This document shows, piece after piece, positions 9,127 through 18,301 of a stretch of 64,000 nt of DNA; position 1 is the first letter of the stretch; the number at the start of each line of letters is the position of its first letter. The notes below the pieces were generated by a model. The model ran no database searches. It saw only the letters and a list, made by a program, of their open reading frames with translations, and was not told the DNA's origin. A program made the position numbers and the translations under genes. Source of the stretch: Armatimonadota bacterium (GTDB lineage: Bacteria > Armatimonadota > Zipacnadia > Zipacnadales > JABUFB01); assembly GCA_013314775.1 (NCBI GenBank), contig JABUFB010000011.1, positions 9,144 to 73,143 of the forward strand, given 5' to 3'.

Positions 9127-12100
9127 ATGACCAGACGGACGATCGTCGCTGTCATCGCTGTGGGGCTTCTGGGGCGCATTACGCCCGGCCCGGCATGGGC
9201 AGACGGGGAGGGCAGCGCCACCATCGCCCCCGATACCCCGGCAGTCGCGGGGACGCGGGACACGTGGACGATCACTTACCGGCCAGGCCCGGAGGGCATT
9301 CAGCCCGGCGGCGGACTGCGCCTGGCGCTTTCAGGCTTCCCCATAAGGCTCTTCGCTCTTCCCCAGACAGATCGCCCAACAGACCCCAACTACACAACTG
9401 CGCATTGCTCCAACCCGGTAGTCCCCATCACCGTGCGAGTAGTGCGGGATCTACGCCAGGGTTGGCAGGATGTGCAGGAACTTGAGGTGCTGGTGGGCGA
9501 ACCGGGGCTGGCCCCGGTTGACAGCCTGTCCATCGTCTACGGGGACAGATCCCAAGGGGGCCCGGGCGGGCAGATGCGCCCCCATGAAGGTGACGAGCTG
9601 CCCGTGAGGATGTACTCGGACACCGACGGGGACGGAAAGTTCGCGCCCTTGGCCGAGTTCCCGCGCTTGACTCTCGCCGGCGGCACGGCTACCCGGATCG
9701 CGGTCTTTGCACCCAGTGACGCGGTGGTTGGCGCCCCGGTGCGCATTGCGGTCTCGGCGCGAGATGATCGGGACCAGTTGGCCACATCGGGGCCACGCGA
9801 AGTGCTCCTGACCGGGGCCGGACTGCAGGAACCGGTTTCTATTCGCTTCCCTGAAGGCGAACGCTGCGTGGCGCCGGCGGAGGTAGTCTTCGCAAGCGAA
9901 GGCATCCACAAGATCACAGCATCAGCCGGAATCGGCACCGCAACGGCCCCGACCGTCGTCACCGAGTTTTCTGCACAGACGCGTCCCGACGCCGAGGCCG
10001 ACCCGGAGTTCATCCCGGCCCTGCAGAGCGTCGAAGTTTCGGCTGTCAAAGCAGCCCCCGGCAGCGTTCTCGCGATCAGGCCAGTCTGGCGCAATGCCGG
10101 CACCGCCGCAGCATCCCGGGACTACCGGATCAGTTGCCATCTCGAACGCCGTCCGCCGCAGGGCCGAGCGCTGGCCAACTGGGACTATGATCCTGCGCCC
10201 CCAACCACGCAGTGGCATCCCGGCGGTGACTACACACAGGAGCGCCTCTGCCCAATCCCCCGGGATATCCCGCCGGGTGAGCATGCGCTGACCCTCGGCA
10301 TGTACCACAGCCCCGAGCCTGGCAAGTTCGTGGTGCTCGCATCCTTCGAGGTCTGCCGCATCATGGTGGGCCCCGATATGCCCCTCGTCCTGCGAATGCA
10401 CCCGGGGGAATCCAACCCGGTGCGGGTGCGCGCGAAAGCGCCCCGCTGGAGACTGCTCTGGGGCGATACCCATTGCCACACCGAGAACTCCGTCGACGGC
10501 TCCGGTTCTGTCCAAGGGCTGTACTGGTACGCGCGGGATGTCGCGCGGCTGGACTTCTGTGCATGCGCGGACCATGTCGGGCACAGCTACCCCGAAGACC
10601 AGTGGCGCCATATCCAGGAAATGGCCAGGAGGTTCTATGAATCGGGCCGGTTCGTGAGCATTCTCGGATATGAATGGTCGAATGCCGAACACGGAGACAA
10701 GAATGTCTATTTCGTCCGGGACGACGAACCGATCCGCGTGCCCCGCAGCGGCCAGGCGGAAGACCTCTTCGCCATGCTGCAGGGCGTCAATTGCATCGTA
10801 ATCCCGCACCACCCGGCTTACCCCGTGGGCTTGCGCGGGACGGACTGGGGTCGCATCGATCCCGCTTTCGTGCCGGTGGTCGAGATGTGTTCCGCCCACG
10901 GCAATGGCGAAGTCATGGACAATCCACGCCCGTACGGAGCCAACAAGCCCATGGGACCGTCGCTTCCCGGGGGGTTTGCCCAGGATGCCCTTGCACGGGG
11001 GCTTAGGATCGGCTTCATCGCTTCGAGTGACGACCACACTGCCCACGCCGGTCGGGTGGGGTTCCTTGCTGGGGTATACGCGGAATCACTGGATCGAGAG
11101 GGCATTTTCGAGGCCCTCCGCAGCCGGCGTTGCTACGCGTCGACAGGAGCTCGCATTCTCCTCGATGTGACCGCGGACGGACAGCCCATGGGAAGCGAGA
11201 TCACCGCCACCGCGCCGCCGCTCATCCGGGTAAGCGTGCACGGGACAGCGGACCTGGGCGCGGTGGAGATCATCCGCGACGGGCAGGTCTGCCACCGAGT
11301 CCGTCCTGAGGGCCCGGACTGCGAGACCGAGTATCGCGCCGACAGCCTGGGATTCCGCGACGGCTACTACTATGCTCGGGTCACCCAGCGCGATGGTGAG
11401 ATGGCGTGGTCTTCTCCCATCTTCGTACGCAATGCCGGACCGCGCCCCGAATTGGCTCTGGACAACCTGGACATCGAAGACGACAACGCTGTCGCTGTGA
11501 CCGTTCGCAATGACGGCGCGGTCGCCACCAGTGTCGCGACGATACAGTTCTTCGTGGACCATATGCCTTCCACTCCGGTTGCCCGGGAGGCCGTTCCGGT
11601 ACCCTCGGGCATCGGCGGCCTCATGAGCCGCCAGGCCGGACTTCAGGTCTGGCGCTGGCCGGTGGACGAGACCTCTCTCAACGTCTTCATCCGATGGGGC
11701 GGGGACGACGAATCACGGCAGTGCGAGGGTGAAGTGCGACTGGAAGACGGGCAGGGCTGGATCTGGACGCCTTTCCATGCTGAAAGCTCTGATCTCTACG
11801 AGGAACCGCAGCCCGGGGTTATCCGCTGGCGGACGGATGCGGAGGCAGGCACTGGAGATGGATTGAACCTGTGGGTAAAGATCGATCCCCGCAGGCCGAC
11901 GCGCTTGACCCTGGATGCGAAACGGGGTGGTGCACGTCGTCCGGCGGAGATCTACAGTCGCCTGGGACCGACCCAGTCCTTGCCCCTTGCAATCCCGCTG
12001 GTGGAGTACCAACCAGACAGGTTGATCGGAGAAGCCACGCTTCCGGAACTCGCGCCGGGGCAGGAGCGCAGGATCACCATGCCCTGGCGGCCGGAAGGCG

Positions 12101-12222
12101 CACCCGCCGGCGACCTCATCTGCCGGATCCTGGCTGCTGACGGCAAGGTGGAGGCCGAGGCGCGACTGGTCGGTGCAGGAAAGCGCGATTCCAGCAAGGG
12201 TATTGAAGCTCAGGGACGGTGA
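9127..12222 (+). CDS. Secreted PHP/DUF3604-like metallohydrolase with Ig-like and CARDB-like flanking domains
   Basis: ATG at 9127 was verified after a G-rich RBS, and the signal peptide is 'MTRRTIVAVIAVGLLGRITPGPAWA'. The metal-binding motif 'WGDTHCHTENSVDGSG...CADHVGH...IPHHPAY' is of PHP/DUF3604 type. The C-terminal 'VAVTVRNDGAVATS' is CARDB-like. Confidence 0.6.
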   Translation: MTRRTIVAVIAVGLLGRITPGPAWADGEGSATIAPDTPAVAGTRDTWTITYRPGPEGIQPGGGLRLALSGFPIRLFALPQTDRPTDPNYTTAHCSNPVVPITVRVVRDLRQGWQDVQELEVLVGEPGLAPVDSLSIVYGDRSQGGPGGQMRPHEGDELPVRMYSDTDGDGKFAPLAEFPRLTLAGGTATRIAVFAPSDAVVGAPVRIAVSARDDRDQLATSGPREVLLTGAGLQEPVSIRFPEGERCVAPAEVVFASEGIHKITASAGIGTATAPTVVTEFSAQTRPDAEADPEFIPALQSVEVSAVKAAPGSVLAIRPVWRNAGTAAASRDYRISCHLERRPPQGRALANWDYDPAPPTTQWHPGGDYTQERLCPIPRDIPPGEHALTLGMYHSPEPGKFVVLASFEVCRIMVGPDMPLVLRMHPGESNPVRVRAKAPRWRLLWGDTHCHTENSVDGSGSVQGLYWYARDVARLDFCACADHVGHSYPEDQWRHIQEMARRFYESGRFVSILGYEWSNAEHGDKNVYFVRDDEPIRVPRSGQAEDLFAMLQGVNCIVIPHHPAYPVGLRGTDWGRIDPAFVPVVEMCSAHGNGEVMDNPRPYGANKPMGPSLPGGFAQDALARGLRIGFIASSDDHTAHAGRVGFLAGVYAESLDREGIFEALRSRRCYASTGARILLDVTADGQPMGSEITATAPPLIRVSVHGTADLGAVEIIRDGQVCHRVRPEGPDCETEYRADSLGFRDGYYYARVTQRDGEMAWSSPIFVRNAGPRPELALDNLDIEDDNAVAVTVRNDGAVATSVATIQFFVDHMPSTPVAREAVPVPSGIGGLMSRQAGLQVWRWPVDETSLNVFIRWGGDDESRQCEGEVRLEDGQGWIWTPFHAESSDLYEEPQPGVIRWRTDAEAGTGDGLNLWVKIDPRRPTRLTLDAKRGGARRPAEIYSRLGPTQSLPLAIPLVEYQPDRLIGEATLPELAPGQERRITMPWRPEGAPAGDLICRILAADGKVEAEARLVGAGKRDSSKGIEAQGR

Positions 12223-12292
12223 GACGCGGATAGCCACCAAGGGCCATCAGCCGCCGCCCGACCAGGGCTGGGTCATCGTCGCCCATTGCTTC

Positions 12293-12323
12293 GTGAGCCT
12301 GGATACGGATCATCCAGGCTCAC
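12293..12323. terminator. Perfect 12-bp hairpin between convergent genes
   Basis: GTGAGCCTGGAT(12293-12304)-ACGGATC-ATCCAGGCTCAC(12312-12323), located between the stop at 12222 and the stop at 12359. Confidence 0.55.
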
Positions 12324-12358
12324 GTGGCCAATCGACTTGAGTAGCAGGTTGTGACTGA

Positions 12359-13600
12359 TCACCCATTCTTCGGCTTCAGGAAGAGCACCTCGGCGCGCTC
12401 GATCCATCCGGATCGCAGGTCCATCCGGAACCAGCCTTCACTGTTTTTCTCGTGGAAGCGAGTGGGCGAACGCTTGCCGAACTCCTTCAGGTCGTACTGC
12501 GCCCACGTCTCGCCCATGTCCAGCGAGATAATGATGCCGGTATCCAACGGCGACGCCGGGGCGCAGTGCGAGGCCAGTATCACCCCATCCTGGATGATCA
12601 TCGCGCCGGATTCCACCCCGGGGTTGAACAGGAGCGTATGCTTTGTACGATCTCCGATGTCCGCCGGGTCGCACCGGAAGATTCCCCGGTCGTAAGGCTC
12701 TGGGCCGTTTGAGTCGCTGATCCAATAGAGCTGTCCGTCCACGAAGTTGATTCCGCCCGCCTTGTATCGCGAGTTCAGATGGTCGGTGATGATGACCTTC
12801 CACTCCCACTGGTCTGTCGCCGCATCGTACGTTCCTCTTAGCCAGTGGCACTCAAGGAACTCTGCCCTGTCTGCGTCCCCGGTGCAGGCATAGAAAGCGT
12901 CCTCCGCGGGATTGTAAACAACTGTGTGAAGGTGCCGGCAGCGAATGGGGTTGTCGGGGTTTCCCAGCAGCGTGCCTTCGGGACCGCCTCCTGGAGAGCC
13001 ATTATCCCGCGTGTACGGGTTCTGGCCGAAGGCATAGGCGAGTTTGACCGTCTGGCCGCCGTCGACAGAGTAGTAGATATTCACTGGCGCGGCGCCCCCC
13101 AGCACATTGCAGTAGTTGCCCCAGATCAGCATCTCTTTGCCGTTCACATCGAAGGAATTGGTGCCCGGGAGGGTGTGGAAGTACCAGCCGGGCCGTTCCG
13201 GGTCCTTGGGCGTATGCGGCAGGTAGTCGCTCCCATCCACGTCCTTCACGGTTACCTGCTCGCAGCTTCGCAGGTTGTCCGTGCTGACGTACAGTCTCGA
13301 ACCCGTGGCGAAGACGATGTTCCCGCATTTCAGGATGCAGCTGAAAGTGATGTCGCGCGCATCGGGGAAGTCCAGCACGTGGGGCCAGGTGTGCCCGTTG
13401 TCCTCAGACAGCATCACCTTGCCCTCCGTGTACGCAAAGGCCTTGTTGTCCAGCTGGGAATCGATGTACCGGTCTTCCGGCCCCAGCCGGTACCAGAAGT
13501 GCTCCGTCTCGCCGATCCTTGTCTCGTGCATAGCGATGCATTCCTCTATCGGTGTAATCGGGACGTTCCCTGTCCAGTGGCTTCCTCGTCTCCTGACCAT
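12359..13600 (-). CDS. BNR/sialidase-like beta-propeller protein (putative exo-glycosidase, no signal peptide)
   Basis: Repeated Asp-box-like elements ('SEDNGHTW', 'SVDGGQTV', 'SLDMGETW') are typical of sialidase-fold propellers. The start is uncertain among GTG 13603, ATG 13600 and ATG 13531. Confidence 0.55.
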   Translation of the reverse strand: MVRRRGSHWTGNVPITPIEECIAMHETRIGETEHFWYRLGPEDRYIDSQLDNKAFAYTEGKVMLSEDNGHTWPHVLDFPDARDITFSCILKCGNIVFATGSRLYVSTDNLRSCEQVTVKDVDGSDYLPHTPKDPERPGWYFHTLPGTNSFDVNGKEMLIWGNYCNVLGGAAPVNIYYSVDGGQTVKLAYAFGQNPYTRDNGSPGGGPEGTLLGNPDNPIRCRHLHTVVYNPAEDAFYACTGDADRAEFLECHWLRGTYDAATDQWEWKVIITDHLNSRYKAGGINFVDGQLYWISDSNGPEPYDRGIFRCDPADIGDRTKHTLLFNPGVESGAMIIQDGVILASHCAPASPLDTGIIISLDMGETWAQYDLKEFGKRSPTRFHEKNSEGWFRMDLRSGWIERAEVLFLKPKNG

Positions 13601-13617
13601 CACGCACTGCCGGCAGG

Positions 13618-16458
13618 CTACACCAGGGCGATGTCATGCTCCTTCAGAGCGCGCCAGATGCTGTGCATGAGCCTGCCCTGCACCGTGGGCAGACTGTCGA
13701 TGTGGTCGGTCCACGCGACAAGCTGGAGGTTCAGACCGTTCGCCGCGAGCTTGCTGAACAGAACCTCGGGCTCGGGGGTATCTAGTACCGAATCTTGAGA
13801 GATTGCGGCTTCACGTAGAACCTCGGCAACGGTGTCAAAGTCTGTGTCCGGCGCAACAGCGACGTCCACCACCAGGCGCACCCGGCGATCCCGCTGGCTC
13901 GAGACGACCACGTTCTGGGTGTAGAAGACGGAGTTAGGGATGACCACCAGGCGATTGTCCTGGGTCCGAATTGTGGTTGAACGCACGGTGATATCCGCGA
14001 TGGTGCCGCTCTGTCCGGCCACGTCAACATAGTCGCCGGCGTTGATAGACCGGTCCAGCATGATGATGAGGCCGCAGATGGTGTTCTTCGCAATATCCTG
14101 GCTTCCGAAGCCGATGGCGATGCCGAACATCCCGGCGAAAGCGGCGAGGATGCTCAGTTGCATCCCCGCCACCAGAATCGCCAACACGATGCCCCCTGCC
14201 AGGAGGCAGTAGTACAGTACACTCCCCACGGCGTGCCGGGTGCCGTGATCCCACCTTTGGGATAGGGCGGCAGATTCCTGCACGCAACGCCGGGCATACC
14301 CTGCCGCCCAGGAGGCAACCACCCATACTAGGATCGCTTTGGCGATGGCGAGTATGGATATCTGCGCGCCCTTGACATCAATCAGCGGCTGTGACACCAA
14401 GGCAATGAGGTCGTAGAGATGATAGCGACGGACTCCCCAGATGCGAGCGAGCAGCAGGGCACTGAGGAGCACGAAGGCAAGCCGGATGACCTGCTGCATC
14501 CATGGTCGGTGGACTAAGCCCGCCGGACCGTGGGGTGTCACCGGGAACCGGGTCATTAGCTCCCGGTTGAGGCGACCATATGCCGGCCACGCAACAGCCA
14601 CGAACAGAGCGCTGAGCACCAGGGAACGCGCCAGGTAGCTGCTCAGGTTGGCGTAACCCATCGCTGTCATTACAAGCAGAGCCACCGCGGCCAGCGAGAC
14701 GAATGCGTTGAGCCTCGTCGCCCATTCGGGGAGACCGCAAGCAGCTTGCCCGGAAGCGTTGCCGATGAGCGCCAACGAACCGCGTGCAGAGTTTGTCAGC
14801 CAGATGAGGAAGATGACCGCGCCCAGACCGTAGAGCAGTTTCAGCGCGAGCTCCACGTCGGCGTGGGGATAATCGTAAAGGGCGAGGGTGTGGATTACTG
14901 GCAGAAGCAGTGCCGAGTAGACCGCGATGGCGTGGGCCGCGGTCGCAGTGCGCCGGGACGTCGCGGCGTCACACCGCAGCAGGCCGAAGCCCTCTTCTCC
15001 AGGAGCCAGCACAATGCGCACCAGCGGTCTCGCCGCCGCGTACGCGCACCAGGCAAAGACTAACCCTGTAAGCGACAGCGACCCCGAAGGCGAGAGGGGC
15101 AGGGACTGCACTCCCGCGGCCAGCAGCGCGAAAGCAAGGGCGGCACGCACTATCTCAAAGCCACGGGCATAGCGCCAGAGGGTGAGATCGCGCTGCTCCT
15201 GTGGCAGCATCTCCAGCCGGCTTCCCATTTCATCCGTGAGACGCCGCCTCAGCCGCCGGAACCCGACCGCCAGCAGCACCCCGGCCAGCCCGAGCCCGGC
15301 GAGTTCGGTTATCGGCCACGATGGCGGCGTACCGTCATCGGGCTCGAACTCAGCACCCGGCCAGACCCCTGTGCGCAGGTAGGCGCCGATTGACCGAATC
15401 AACCGGCGAAAATCGTCCGCGGCCGTCACAGGCGTCTGGGCGGTGATGCGGACCTCGCTGCGACGCAATAGTCCGCGGGTCTCGGCGACCTCCAGTGCGG
15501 CGTCCAGACGGGGAACGATGTCACTCACCAGACGTGCGTTAGCCACAGCCATCTGTGCGGCCGCCTGGAAGTCCGCCTTTGCCTGAGTCGCCAGCGGGAT
15601 CCCCGATTCCAGGGTGCTCACAAGCGTCCGGTCAAGCCGCAGAGCTCGGGCACGCTCAAGAGCTCGGCTGTATGCGTCTATCTCGGCCCCTACATCCTGC
15701 GCGGCCTGTGTGAGTTCGTCGTACAAAGCGTCGAAGCGTTCCTGCCCGGCGATCAACCGCTCCCGCTCCTCACGCCCCTGCGCAGGCCTGACACGCCCCC
15801 GACGTATCGCCCACGGGAGATGTACTCCCAGTTTCTCAAGCCTCTTGTTTTCCTTCTCCAGTTCGCGAAGCCGGCGCGCAGCCAAGGCGGCCGTCATGCG
15901 CAATTCACTGCGCCACAAGACGACCTTGTGAGTGAGGGCGTCGCTGCTCAATGCGGCTTGCCCGGGTCTTGCTCTTCCGCCATCGGCTTCCGGTCGCGAC
16001 AGGGATTCCAGGGCCCCGATCACCTCCGCCTGCCGGCGCGAGCGCGTGACCGGTGCCTTGACACGTTCCGAGGGCTCCTCGGCTTCCGGGGTCTGAACCG
16101 GGGCCTGCTCCCCCTCCGCAGCCCGGTACATCTCGCTGTCTGAAGATCCCGCCTCGCCTTCTGCCGAGGTCGCTGGCCCTGCATCAGTCGGCTCCGCGAC
16201 TGCATCCCCATTCGCAGGCCCCGGAGATGCGGAAGAAGGGGCATCCGGCGCGTCGACCTCCTCTGGGGCCGGAGCCGATGAAGTGCCATCCGCGGAGACA
16301 TCGCGGTTCCCGCCGGGTCCAGGCAACGCATGCATGGAACCTGGAGCTTCGGGCGCTCGGTTCTCATCCTGCGCGATCGCGAGGCCGATCGCTGTCGAGG
16401 CCAGCAAAAGGGTCAGAACCGCAGGGAAGATGCTGTTGCCGGGACTCATTCTGATCAT
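13618..16458 (-). CDS. Large mechanosensitive ion channel, MscS family (MscK/KefA-like architecture)
   Basis: The C-terminal 'GFGSQDIAKNTICGLIIMLDRSINAGDYVDV...IRTQDNRLVVIPNS' is the MscS pore/beta-domain signature. It is preceded by multiple TM helices, a coiled-coil periplasmic region and a signal peptide. ATG at 16458 was verified. Confidence 0.85.
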   Translation of the reverse strand: MIRMSPGNSIFPAVLTLLLASTAIGLAIAQDENRAPEAPGSMHALPGPGGNRDVSADGTSSAPAPEEVDAPDAPSSASPGPANGDAVAEPTDAGPATSAEGEAGSSDSEMYRAAEGEQAPVQTPEAEEPSERVKAPVTRSRRQAEVIGALESLSRPEADGGRARPGQAALSSDALTHKVVLWRSELRMTAALAARRLRELEKENKRLEKLGVHLPWAIRRGRVRPAQGREERERLIAGQERFDALYDELTQAAQDVGAEIDAYSRALERARALRLDRTLVSTLESGIPLATQAKADFQAAAQMAVANARLVSDIVPRLDAALEVAETRGLLRRSEVRITAQTPVTAADDFRRLIRSIGAYLRTGVWPGAEFEPDDGTPPSWPITELAGLGLAGVLLAVGFRRLRRRLTDEMGSRLEMLPQEQRDLTLWRYARGFEIVRAALAFALLAAGVQSLPLSPSGSLSLTGLVFAWCAYAAARPLVRIVLAPGEEGFGLLRCDAATSRRTATAAHAIAVYSALLLPVIHTLALYDYPHADVELALKLLYGLGAVIFLIWLTNSARGSLALIGNASGQAACGLPEWATRLNAFVSLAAVALLVMTAMGYANLSSYLARSLVLSALFVAVAWPAYGRLNRELMTRFPVTPHGPAGLVHRPWMQQVIRLAFVLLSALLLARIWGVRRYHLYDLIALVSQPLIDVKGAQISILAIAKAILVWVVASWAAGYARRCVQESAALSQRWDHGTRHAVGSVLYYCLLAGGIVLAILVAGMQLSILAAFAGMFGIAIGFGSQDIAKNTICGLIIMLDRSINAGDYVDVAGQSGTIADITVRSTTIRTQDNRLVVIPNSVFYTQNVVVSSQRDRRVRLVVDVAVAPDTDFDTVAEVLREAAISQDSVLDTPEPEVLFSKLAANGLNLQLVAWTDHIDSLPTVQGRLMHSIWRALKEHDIALV

Positions 16459-16786
16459 GGGCTACATTCCCCGGTGCCGGCGAGGTTACATGCGGATGCC
16501 CAATGCTGCCCCTGCCGGGTCGGTGGACACAGACTTTGCTGAGGTTATTTCACCCAAGATTCGATCAGACCTGCCCTGCCTCCTGATAAGAAGCAGCCGA
16601 TTCCAGTTGGCGGTCTCGTAACTCACTTGTGAACAGGTCACGCCCACAGCGCCCATTCCTCAGCAGTGATTTCCCACCGATAGCGTTGGATACGGCGCGT
16701 AGCCAGTTCAACATTCGGGGGCGAATACTCGAGGGCACGCGGCCCGACGAGTGGGGCAACGAGGGAGTGGGCAGGGCTTAGGAACG

Positions 16787-16815
16787 GGCGGGGCCGCAGG
16801 GGACACAGCCCCGCC
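16787..16815 (-). terminator. GC hairpin 11 nt downstream of the peroxiredoxin stop
   Basis: GGCGGGGC(16787-16794) and GCCCCGCC(16808-16815) are separated by a 13-nt loop. There is no clear U-tract, so this is a weak intrinsic terminator call. Confidence 0.4.
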
Positions 16816-16825
16816 TGTGATGCTG

Positions 16826-17431
16826 TCAGAAGGCTTCGTCTGGTTTCCAGACTTCCCAGACGCGGCCCACGAGGTCCGGGCCGGGGCTCAGGGTGGCCTT
16901 GCCCGGCTGCCAGCCCGAAGGCGTGGCCTCTCCAGTTTCGCGCACACGCTGGAAAGCCTGCAACTGGCGGATGAGCTCGGACACGTTCCGGCCGACGGAG
17001 GGGGTGAGAATCTCCATCGCCTGGATGATCCCATCCGGGTCGATGATGAAGCGCCCGCGGTTGTGCAGGCCCGCTACGGCATCATAGACACCGTACACCC
17101 GGCCGATTGCGCCCGTGGGGTCGGCAACCATGGGGTACGGTATGCCGCCTTCCACCATTTTCGACAGTTCGACTTCGTCCCAGATCTTCGCGGTGAAATG
17201 CTTGTCGGTGCTCACGGCGAGGACTTCTGCATCCATCCCGGCAATCTCATTGTACTTGACGGCGACCGCCGCCAGCTCCGTCGGTCATACGAAGGTGAAT
17301 GCAGCGGGGTAGAAACACATCACCACCCACTTCGGGCGGTACTCGGACAGCTTCAGGGTCTTGAACTCGCCACGATGGTACGCAACAGCCTCAAAGTCAG
17401 GGGCCTCCTTGCCGATGGTCGCCACTTTCAT
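16826..17431 (-). CDS. prxU: Selenocysteine-containing peroxiredoxin (AhpC/Prx1-type scaffold; UGA at 17285-17287 read as Sec)
   Basis: Two track ORFs (17285-17542 and 16826-17236) are in the same frame. The joined translation reads '...[14 protein letters not shown]-[TGA][27 protein letters not shown]...', which is the canonical FTFVCPTE active site with TGA in place of the peroxidatic Cys codon. ATG 17431 is preceded by AAGGAG; the alternative start at 17542 adds an Ala-rich 37-aa extension. Confidence 0.8.
17258..17282 (-). promoter_or_regulatory. Candidate bacterial SECIS hairpin immediately 3' of the in-frame UGA
   Basis: The minus-strand RNA is UGA-CC-GACGG-A-GCUG-GCGG-CGG(U)C-G-CCGUC. 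It has a 5-bp lower stem (GACGG/CCGUC), a short upper helix with a possible bulged U, and a G-rich apical loop. The structure starts 3 nt after the UGA. It was folded by eye only. Confidence 0.45.
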
Positions 17432-17746
17432 CGCTGAACTCCTTGCCGGTGCGGCAGCTGCCGCTTCTGTTGCGAGTTCCTTCTCCGCGCCCAGTGGACC
17501 GGCCGCGGCTTCGACACAGCCTTTCTTCTTTTCGTCAGCCATAGAACCACATCCTCATGTCGATCTGGGCTGGTAAAAACGACACGACAAGGTGCTAATT
17601 CGCCGGGCGAGCGGTTCACTCCTTGCGTGACGCAGGCAGTTGAGGGAACACCGGCTGACCTGGAGCAATAGACAGGGTGCGATCGAAGATGGAGGAGTTG
17701 TGCGCGATGTGAGGCGAGACGCCGCCGGAGTTGCGTGAATTGAGTC

Positions 17747-18112
17747 TCAAATAGGCAGATTCATCGCCACCGCGCGTTTCAGATCTGCGAGGCCAAAGGG
17801 CTTCCGCAACATGGGTGCCTGGACCCCGCGTGCCTGTTCGTGCATCTCGCGCTCCGGCAGACCGGTCGTGAGAATTACAGGCACTTCGGACCACTCGGGA
17901 TCCTTTCGGATGGCCAGATAGAGGTCGCGACCTTTTCCGTCGCCCAGCACAAGATCCAGCAAGACGAGTTCGGGGGGAGGCCCGCACAGAAGGGATAGTG
18001 CTTCTCGCAGGCCCGTGGCAACGACAGGAGTGTACCCAAGACTTCTTACGCAGTCGGCCAGAACCGCCAGCTGTACCGTCTCGTTTTCCACGATGAGTAT
18101 TCTGATATCCAT
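17747..18112 (-). CDS. Single-domain response regulator (CheY-like receiver)
   Basis: The translation 'ILIVENE...LVLLDLVLGDGKG...VPVILTTG...LRKPF' carries the acidic pocket, phospho-acceptor Asp, Thr and Lys of receiver domains. There is no output domain. ATG at 18112 was verified. Confidence 0.85.
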   Translation of the reverse strand: MDIRILIVENETVQLAVLADCVRSLGYTPVVATGLREALSLLCGPPPELVLLDLVLGDGKGRDLYLAIRKDPEWSEVPVILTTGLPEREMHEQARGVQAPMLRKPFGLADLKRAVAMNLPI

Positions 18113-18292
18113 GGCATCCCCCCCGCTAAGAGGGATGGCACAGAAAGGCCCAGAGCACGTTTTTGATTATACCCAGCTTCGGTTTTCGGACCCTCAAGGG
18201 TCAATCAGTGGAATCTAAAGCTTGCGCGTACTCACGGGCGCCATGGTGCCGGTGGCCCGCGGATTGCCTGCTCTGCCTCGGCGCGGCAATGA

Positions 18293-18301
18293 TGTGCTAC
18301 A
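18293..18301 (+). promoter_or_regulatory. Possible extended -10 element (TGCTACAAT) for the URO-D family gene
   Basis: TGCTACAAT lies about 97 nt upstream of ATG 18398, in the divergent intergenic region. No convincing -35 element is present. Confidence 0.3.

Noticed and set aside
16459-16825. I looked for a tRNA-Sec (selC) or other small RNA gene in the 367-nt gap next to the Sec-peroxiredoxin. A 64-aa ORF (16565-16759) is also present.
   Set aside because: There is no UCA-anticodon stem-loop, no T-loop (GGTTCGA-like) and no long acceptor pairing around the single TTCAAC occurrence. The small ORF has no RBS and is not protein-like. The region most likely holds the promoter of the MscS-family gene.
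17432-17542. A 37-aa Ala-rich N-terminal extension of the peroxiredoxin ('[37 protein letters not shown]').
   Set aside because: ATG 17431 has a strong AAGGAG RBS and gives a canonical Prx N-terminus ([13 protein letters not shown]). The extension is low complexity. It is not fully excluded, because ATG 17542 also has a GAGGA about 8 nt upstream.
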